Part shown: one piece after another, positions 57,785-64,000 of the stretch
Layout of the letters: each line of letters starts with the position of its first letter
Position numbering within the stretch: position 1 is the first letter of the stretch
NCBI GenBank assembly: GCA_963836585.1
Contig: CAWIJV010000003.1
Location: 432,761-496,760, forward strand
Direction of reading: 5' to 3'
Source: an uncultured bacterium
Lineage (GTDB): Bacteria; Babelota; Babeliae; Babelales; Vermiphilaceae
DNA length: 64,000 bases
The notes under the pieces: generated by a model
The model's input: only the letters and a program-made list of their open reading frames with translations
What the model was told of the DNA's origin: nothing
The model's database searches: none
Position numbers and translations under genes: made by a program

Positions 57785-58960
57785 TTAATCCACAAAGGTG
57801 ATTGCTTGGCCAATTTTGTCGGCTCTGCCGGTTCGGCCGATGCGGTGAATATAATCATCTGATGTTTGCGGGAGCTCATAGTTGATCACGTGGGTCACAT
57901 CATCAATATCAATGCCCCGGGCCACCACATCCGTTGCCAGCAGGACCGTAATAATATTATTTTTGAAAGCAGCCAACGCACTATTTCTTTGTGATTGCGA
58001 TTTGTTGCCATGAATGGTAGCCACGGCAAATCCGCGCTCGCGCAAGACGCGTGCCAATTTATCCACATTCCATTTGGTGCGCAAGAATATGATTACTTTC
58101 TTAAATTCCGGCTTGATCAGCAGATCATGTAATAGATCCACCTTATTTCTGCCGGCAATCTTGATCACATCCTGATTTACGTTTTCAGCCGATTGGCGTG
58201 TCTTAACATTGATCATCACCGGATTCTTCAAGAAGTTGGCCATCACCTCTTTGAGGCTTGCATCAATAGTTGCGGAGAAAAAGAGTGAATGCCGCTTGGT
58301 GGGCAGTTTGGCGATGATATATTTAATATCATTGATAAAGCCCATATCAAGCATGGTGTCCACTTCATCGAGTACAATTGCATCGAAGGTGGAAAATCGC
58401 AGATTGGCATTGGCCTCTAAATCTTTTAACCTGCCGGGCGTGCCGATCACAAATTCAGGGTTTCTTTTAAGATCATTAATCTGGTGAAAGATATTTACGC
58501 CGCCGATGCACAGCGCTGAGCGCAAGTTGGTGCCGGCAGCAAAGCTTTTAAGCTCCGCCTGGATTTGGAGCGCCAGCTCGCGTGTGGGAGTAATAATGAG
58601 TACGCGGGTGCTTTGCTTGGTGAGAATCTTATGGATCAAGGGGATCAAAAATGCCGCCGTTTTACCCGTGCCGGTGTTGGCCGTGCCGATCACATCCTTG
58701 CCCTCTAAAATGAGCGGAATGATCTGATCTTGAATGGGAGTAGGGGCGGTATAGCCTTTGGCGACGATATTCTTTTTGATCTGATCTGCAATGGCAAAAT
58801 CAGCAAACTGCCACTGATTCTTATAGGAATCGGTGATCGTTTTTTCTTCAACCTTTTTTATAAATAAAGAAGGGTCAAATTTTTTAATGGGCCGTTTTTG
58901 CGCCGGCTGAGCCGGTCTGCCGCCGTGAGATTTTGGTCTGTTGGGTTTGTGGTAAGCCAT
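57785..58960 (-). CDS. DEAD-box ATP-dependent RNA helicase
   Basis: Q-motif, Walker A GTGKTAAF, DEVD box, SAT, HRIGRTGR. Confidence 0.85.
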   Translation of the reverse strand: MAYHKPNRPKSHGGRPAQPAQKRPIKKFDPSLFIKKVEEKTITDSYKNQWQFADFAIADQIKKNIVAKGYTAPTPIQDQIIPLILEGKDVIGTANTGTGKTAAFLIPLIHKILTKQSTRVLIITPTRELALQIQAELKSFAAGTNLRSALCIGGVNIFHQINDLKRNPEFVIGTPGRLKDLEANANLRFSTFDAIVLDEVDTMLDMGFINDIKYIIAKLPTKRHSLFFSATIDASLKEVMANFLKNPVMINVKTRQSAENVNQDVIKIAGRNKVDLLHDLLIKPEFKKVIIFLRTKWNVDKLARVLRERGFAVATIHGNKSQSQRNSALAAFKNNIITVLLATDVVARGIDIDDVTHVINYELPQTSDDYIHRIGRTGRADKIGQAITFVD

Positions 58961-59090
58961 AATTAGGCATAACCTCTATTTTTAATGAAATTTATAGGAT
59001 AACAAGCTTAATATGGCATAAAATTACTGTTTTGGCCACCTAAAGTTCCCAGCCTATCCCTGCTTCCAGATTAAAGCCCGATAAATAATG

Positions 59091-59678
59091 TTAGAACACA
59101 AATCCTATGCTGGCTCCAAAGGTGAAGCCGCCAATTTGGATATCTTGTCTTCCATATACATTTGGTATCATCGATTTGAATGATTTTTGCTCAAAGGCAT
59201 ATTCCCCAAAGATGCCTAATAGCAAGCAATCATTGTTAATAAAATTACAACCACCATTAATAAAGAATCCAAAACCATTTGCTCGAATATTTCTATTCAC
59301 ATAGGTTGAATCATTATGTTGATGGAAATAAAAATAGCGAGGCCCAATAGAAAAATAGCCTTTTACGCATTCACTCAAATTAACCATTGATCTGACCCCC
59401 GCATCGAGAGGAACTTGCGAAATTGATGTTTTTTGATTTCCGTTTAAAGATTTTCCTTTTACATGCAAATATCCAAGGCTACCATAAAGAGCTATCATGC
59501 CACACAATGGATACGATACACTGCCTTGAATCTCAAATCCGCCATGATAAATTTTAGCAAGTGTATGATTCGCAAAAAAGAAATATCCCGGTTTGATTTC
59601 AAGCCATGGGCAAGAGATTTGCCCATAAAGCGACGGTATAACGCACGCGATCGCCAGAGCATATATTTTTTTTATCAT
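59091..59678 (-). CDS. small outer-membrane beta-barrel protein (OmpA/OmpW-like 8-10 strand barrel)
   Basis: Signal peptide, alternating hydrophobic beta-strand pattern, C-terminal aromatic (…GFVF). Confidence 0.5.
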   Translation of the reverse strand: MIKKIYALAIACVIPSLYGQISCPWLEIKPGYFFFANHTLAKIYHGGFEIQGSVSYPLCGMIALYGSLGYLHVKGKSLNGNQKTSISQVPLDAGVRSMVNLSECVKGYFSIGPRYFYFHQHNDSTYVNRNIRANGFGFFINGGCNFINNDCLLLGIFGEYAFEQKSFKSMIPNVYGRQDIQIGGFTFGASIGFVF

Positions 59679-59705
59679 CTGAACTTCCTTATTTTTTCTC
59701 AGTTT

Positions 59706-62213
59706 TTAACCGACGGTAACCGTGGCTTGACTGCTGATATTACCATCTTCATCAAATGCCGCTACGCCATACAGTGTTGCAACACCGCGCGGCTGATCGT
59801 GATCCTGATACGAAGTGGTAGAAGCATTTACGGTTGCAAGAAGAACATCGTTGCGATAAATGTGATATCCCTGTACATCAAGGGAAGCACTTGGTTGCCA
59901 TTGCAGTGTATTAAAAAGTTCATAGATCACACCAAAATCATTTTTCTGTTGAAAACCGATGAGATTTGTTGGTGGAGCAGGTGCAAAACCTAAAAAATCA
60001 AATTGCACAAACGTAGGATTCCCAATCGGTAGATAAGAGAGTGAATAGCTGGGGGTTGCTCCCGTGAAGGTAACCGAATCAAAGGTGCCGGTAATGCCAG
60101 ACGAAGTGAGAACTGTGTATGTTCCGGGCACAGTGTTTGGATTGATGTCCATCTCCAAGATACCTGCCAATGATGCAGTGCCAGAAACGGAGACTAATGA
60201 TGCGGTGCTTGACTCAATTTCGATATGCATCAGGCTTCCAAGAGTGTTGTTAATTGGATCTGCTGAATTTAAAGTCAAACTGCCCAAAGTAAGTGTTCCG
60301 TTGGTATCCGGAGAGATTGCTCCGGAATTGGCTAAAACGTTTCCGGTCAAGGTTCCGATTCCACTCAATGTGCCTCTTTGCAAACTAAAATCGATGTCTC
60401 TACAGACTGAGATCGATGCTGAATCGATCAGGCCATTCACTTGAAAATTCGCATTGTTGATCGTGATGGTCCCTTGATAATCGGTTGTTCCATTGTAAAC
60501 AACAGTTCCATTTCCTTTGACAAAGACTGTTGTTCCTCCTAAACCAAAAATGGTGTCATCAGTGAATGCGACTTGCGCGCCGAGTGTCAAAAGATCACCG
60601 GCATCCGGTGCCATGAATGTGAGATAAGAGTTGGTGCGCAGGAAAATACTATTTCCCCATGCTGATCCATCCGATCCATCGGTGCTTCCACCACTGCTGG
60701 TACCACCTGTTCCGGCTTGGGTTGTATTGTTTGATGTATTGAAAGTGGTTGGAATCCTCGGGAGTGCTTGTATAGTGAAATTCAAGTTGCTATCCACAAA
60801 GATAGCGGCACCAAGACCACTTCCGCCACCGCCGCCCCCTCCAGAGCTATCGGCGCCATCTCCTCCAGTTCCTCCACCAAGATTTCCCGTATCAGTTCCA
60901 CCCATAGCAGTAGAGCCATTAGAAGATCCACCGCCACCGCCTCCTCCTCCGCCCAGAGAAGTGCCGCCTCCCGCGGGTGTTGTCCCCGATTGGTTAACGC
61001 CGCCTCCGCCGCCGCCGCCGCCAACTCCTCCCGCGCCACCTTGCACCGTATAAGATGCATCATAAGCACCGGCGCCGGCGCCACCACCGCCGCCTCCGCC
61101 ATAGCCCCCATTCCCCGCTTGTCCGTCAAAGTTATTGGTAAAACTTGTTGTCACCACTCCGCCTCCGCCGCCGCCGCCGCCGTCTGCTCCATTGCCACCC
61201 GAAGGCATAGGGCTTCCTCCGGGCGCTAATGCACCTTGAGGCTGCTGACCGGGAAACCCGGCCTCGCTTCCCCCACCGCCGCCACCTGGCAATGTAGCGC
61301 TTCCGGCGCCGCCGCCGCCCGCATTGTTTCCTCCACTATTACCTCCTCCGCCAGCACCGGCGGGGGTGTTGAGTCCATAACCGCTTCCATTCAATCCAGC
61401 ATCTTGATCAGAGCCTCCGGTGCCCAGATTCGTGGGTGTTCCTATGGTAGCGCGGGATCCCAGCCCTCCACCGCCACCACCGCCACCGCCGCCGGCCATG
61501 TCGTTGGTCGAGAGAGTGACATCTCCACCATCGCCACCAAAGCCTCCTCCGCCAGCGCCACCACAGCTTCCCGGAGTTGCCAGGGTAATGGATCCCCCAT
61601 TTCCGCCAAAGCCACCGCCGCCGCCGCCGCCCTCATAACCTGAAAGAGAGACGCCTTCATAATTTCCTCCATTCCCACCAACAGCAGCGCAATCGCTTAT
61701 CGATACATTCATCAAGGTAATGGAAGGATTGGAACCATTTAAAAAGAATTGAGGTGCGTAGATGGCTCCTCCGGCGCCCATGCCGCCGCCGCCGCCCGAA
61801 ATTCCGTTTCCCCCATTACCGCCTTGTGCAGTCATGTTTTGAAAGATGATGTTTTGGATGGTTACATTTCCCATGGGAATTAAAAATCCGCTGTAGGCGC
61901 CACTGTTACCATCAATGGTGACGGTAGGAGTAGAGCCTGAGTTGCCAATCGTGATATTCACCGGATTTGGAGAATTGTTAATAATCGGCAGAATGCCATT
62001 GAGTTGAATAGTCATCGGAAAGGCAAAGGAAATCGCATAATCATCGGGTGTTACGTTTAAACTTTGATTCATTGAATTTAAGCAATATCGTAGATCGCCG
62101 GCCTCTCCGGCGCCACCCGGATTATTATCTGAGCTTAAGGTGACATCGAGCGTTGTTAGAGCGTACAAAGAATGTGAAATGAAAATAAAAATCAAATACC
62201 TGAATTTGAACAT
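59706..62213 (-). CDS. large secreted Gly-homopolymer-rich surface protein with autotransporter-passenger-like beta-strand repeats and C-terminal fibronectin-III-like domain
   Basis: Signal peptide. Runs of G7-G11. GTLSGIGTLTGNVLANSGAISP-type repeats. The C-terminal PTNL...W.PS....GYHIYRN...Y.D pattern is Fn3-like. Confidence 0.7.
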   Translation of the reverse strand: MFKFRYLIFIFISHSLYALTTLDVTLSSDNNPGGAGEAGDLRYCLNSMNQSLNVTPDDYAISFAFPMTIQLNGILPIINNSPNPVNITIGNSGSTPTVTIDGNSGAYSGFLIPMGNVTIQNIIFQNMTAQGGNGGNGISGGGGGMGAGGAIYAPQFFLNGSNPSITLMNVSISDCAAVGGNGGNYEGVSLSGYEGGGGGGGFGGNGGSITLATPGSCGGAGGGGFGGDGGDVTLSTNDMAGGGGGGGGGGLGSRATIGTPTNLGTGGSDQDAGLNGSGYGLNTPAGAGGGGNSGGNNAGGGGAGSATLPGGGGGGSEAGFPGQQPQGALAPGGSPMPSGGNGADGGGGGGGGVVTTSFTNNFDGQAGNGGYGGGGGGGAGAGAYDASYTVQGGAGGVGGGGGGGGVNQSGTTPAGGGTSLGGGGGGGGGSSNGSTAMGGTDTGNLGGGTGGDGADSSGGGGGGGSGLGAAIFVDSNLNFTIQALPRIPTTFNTSNNTTQAGTGGTSSGGSTDGSDGSAWGNSIFLRTNSYLTFMAPDAGDLLTLGAQVAFTDDTIFGLGGTTVFVKGNGTVVYNGTTDYQGTITINNANFQVNGLIDSASISVCRDIDFSLQRGTLSGIGTLTGNVLANSGAISPDTNGTLTLGSLTLNSADPINNTLGSLMHIEIESSTASLVSVSGTASLAGILEMDINPNTVPGTYTVLTSSGITGTFDSVTFTGATPSYSLSYLPIGNPTFVQFDFLGFAPAPPTNLIGFQQKNDFGVIYELFNTLQWQPSASLDVQGYHIYRNDVLLATVNASTTSYQDHDQPRGVATLYGVAAFDEDGNISSQATVTVG

Positions 62214-62266
62214 AAAAAAACCCTTTAACTATTTTTTTAGCATCATATTAGGTAAAAAAAAATTAT

Positions 62267-63247
62267 TCAATGGTTGAAGTGTGGAAGAGGAGAAAGCTCA
62301 TTTTTTTGAGCAATATAGTGAGGTCTCATGGCGAATGCGACTGTTGCATATCTAATTTTGCCACTTTGCGTGACAATGTGAGGGGTGGGATAGATGGAAA
62401 ATTCGGTCAGAAGCACGCCGGGAATGAGTAAGATAGAATTTTGATTTTCTGATCGAGAAAACTTTCTGAGCGGGGAAGAAAAATCATCAACGGTGAATGA
62501 GGATTGATAAGGGCACAGAAGAAGTGATTGGTTTTCTGTGCTATCCAAAAAAAGAGAGAACGCAGTCCCATCATAGTGAGGCCTTGTGGCGCTATAAGAA
62601 GGGAGATATTTGATTACCTTGAAAATGATGGGAGGATGGCCGTATTTCGAGGAGAACATCGTTTCTAAACCTAATTCAGCTGCTGCCTCATCGAATAGGC
62701 GTGCGTATGGTTGTTGGATCTGCAAACAGGCTTCAAAAAAACGGATGATCTGGCTCACTTGGTTGAATTCTGGGTAATGAGAGCAGATAAATGTATGGAA
62801 ATGGGGCGAATAATAGAAGGAGATCTGGCTTCTTCCTTCTCTTTCTGATTCATCGTAGAAACCAAAAAAATCGGTGGAATAGTAATTTCTATCTTTTGAG
62901 CGAATAAAACGTTCTTTTGCGCAGTATAATTTTTGTGCCCAAAAGGGATTTGCTTGAAGAAATTCGATGAGCTCATCAAAATATGCATACAGAGAATCAA
63001 ATGTTACAGTTCCATGATTATTGTCGCAAATTTCTAGATAGCCTGCTTTCTTGAATTGTTCTAACAGAGGTATTGCATCAAGCGATGCAAATGAGAGAGA
63101 AATCCATATAAAAAAAGTCTTTTTAGTAATCATGGATTCATCGTACAATTTATTTTTTGAATATGTCAAATTTGGGGATGGGTTGCTGAGGAAATAGGCC
63201 AGGAGAAGTATAAACGGTACCTGGTTGACATGTTCAGAAGCCATCAA
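62267..63247 (-). CDS. hypothetical protein with possible 2OG-Fe(II) oxygenase-like HxD...H motif
   Basis: PHYDGTAFSLFLD (HxD) and later PHIVTQSGKIRYATVAF (H...R) spacing resembles double-stranded beta-helix dioxygenases. Weak. Confidence 0.35.
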   Translation of the reverse strand: MMASEHVNQVPFILLLAYFLSNPSPNLTYSKNKLYDESMITKKTFFIWISLSFASLDAIPLLEQFKKAGYLEICDNNHGTVTFDSLYAYFDELIEFLQANPFWAQKLYCAKERFIRSKDRNYYSTDFFGFYDESEREGRSQISFYYSPHFHTFICSHYPEFNQVSQIIRFFEACLQIQQPYARLFDEAAAELGLETMFSSKYGHPPIIFKVIKYLPSYSATRPHYDGTAFSLFLDSTENQSLLLCPYQSSFTVDDFSSPLRKFSRSENQNSILLIPGVLLTEFSIYPTPHIVTQSGKIRYATVAFAMRPHYIAQKNELSPLPHFNH

Positions 63248-63423
63248 GTACAGATTACCATAAGGTTAAGCCACATTCAAACAGTGATTTCATCGTGGAT
63301 GCCGAAAGTTGTTAAAATGGGTTAGAATGCTACGACATGAAACTCTTGCTCTATAAATCACCTTATATGATATGCTTAAATCCGTTGAGAAACGGCCAAT
63401 ATCTTTATTAATCGGTGCCCCCT

Positions 63424-64000
63424 ATGAAAATTGCTCAATTAAAATCTCTGATAAAGCAAGGCGAATCAAACTTATTGGAATTTAAAAGCTCTACAGGAAG
63501 CTTAAGCGCTGCTATGCAAACGGTGTCCGCTTTCTTAAATAGCGAGCAAGGTGGCACGGTTGTTTTTGGTGTTAAAGATGATGGGAAAATTATAGGGCAA
63601 CCAGTTTCTGATAAAACAAGAAAAGAAATCGGGGTAGAATTAAGTAAGCTTGAGCCATTTGCTAAAATTGATATTGAATATATTACTATTTCAAATGATC
63701 AAAAAGTAATTGTATTTATAGTAAAGCCCGGGGATAAAGCACCTTATGATTATGACGGGCGTGCCTATATTCGCCATCAATCAACCACAACGCGAATGTC
63801 TAAAGAGGAATACACTTACTTATATAATAAGTATCATCCAACTACGTGGGAAGGTCTACCTAATACCCTGTGTACTCTTAATGATCTTGATCGTAAACGA
63901 ATTAAACAAATTATCGATTTAGCTATTATTGAAAAACGGTTGCCAGCGGCTGCAAAAAATTCCACAGTTCCTGATATTCTCAAAAAATTGGGTCTTGTGG
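63424..64000 (+). CDS. AlbA_2 (Schlafen-like putative DNA-binding) domain protein, 3' end truncated by window
   Basis: N-terminal LKSLIKQGESNLLEFKSS...GGTVVFGVKDDGKIIG matches the AlbA_2 / divergent AAA-4 N-terminal domain. Confidence 0.55.
   Translation, partial: MKIAQLKSLIKQGESNLLEFKSSTGSLSAAMQTVSAFLNSEQGGTVVFGVKDDGKIIGQPVSDKTRKEIGVELSKLEPFAKIDIEYITISNDQKVIVFIVKPGDKAPYDYDGRAYIRHQSTTTRMSKEEYTYLYNKYHPTTWEGLPNTLCTLNDLDRKRIKQIIDLAIIEKRLPAAAKNSTVPDILKKLGLV

Noticed and set aside
60631-61638. Long Pro/Ala/Ser-rich ORFs on the + strand (60631-61053, 60768-61229, 60782-61129, 61236-61643, 61420-61638)
   Set aside because: They are antisense to the Gly-rich gene and arise purely from GGN/NCC repeat complementarity. 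No independent start/RBS context.

Overview
This 64 kb window looks like a compact bacterial chromosome segment from a host-associated, probably obligate-intracellular lineage. Evidence for that: two tandem TLC-family ATP/ADP (nucleotide) translocases, a signal-peptide ankyrin-repeat protein, a eukaryote-like RING-H2 protein, gatC-gatA, a CCA-adding enzyme, and tRNA genes that mostly lack encoded CCA. I could not place the lineage confidently. MreC and SecD are present; candidates are Dependentiae-like, Chlamydiae-like or Legionellales/Rickettsiales-like symbionts. Most of the window is housekeeping: recJ, cmk, lon, rpsB, dnaX, der, hpf, dsbD-like, cca, FKBP PPIase, phosphohexomutase, nfo, rnhA, tatD, hup, serS, hemW, secD, ATP-dependent DNA ligase, rsmG, MATE, gatA, dus, mreC, a DEAD-box helicase, and six tRNAs.

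Superimposed on this are several accessory or unusual elements:
1. A roughly 1000-aa surface fibre-like protein with NxT-rich beta-helix-like repeats and a C-terminal phage-tail-fibre-type intramolecular chaperone domain. Its 5' coding end carries an in-frame (TC)13 dinucleotide tract, a candidate phase-variation switch.
2. A tRNA-Ala locus in which the intact tRNA, a small GIY-YIG nuclease gene, and a duplicated 5' tRNA-Ala fragment split by two GC-rich repeat modules lie in series.
3. Short GC-rich palindromic repeat modules recurring in intergenic spacers: directly 3' of tRNA-Ser, upstream of serS, between gatC and gatA, and between the aquaporin gene and a Cys-rich lipoprotein gene.
4. A roughly 650 bp GC-rich, hairpin-dense intergenic island ending in a canonical intrinsic terminator, a candidate structured ncRNA that I could not assign to a known family.
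5. gatC carrying an in-frame TGA.
6. Tandem paralogous Cys-rich lipoproteins.
7. A roughly 835-aa Gly-homopolymer-rich secreted protein with a C-terminal Fn3-like domain, next to a small beta-barrel OMP and a 2OG-oxygenase-like gene.
8. DUF433-containing two-gene modules, one paired with a SWIM zinc-finger protein.

No CRISPR array, no rRNA and no obvious prophage or transposase were seen.
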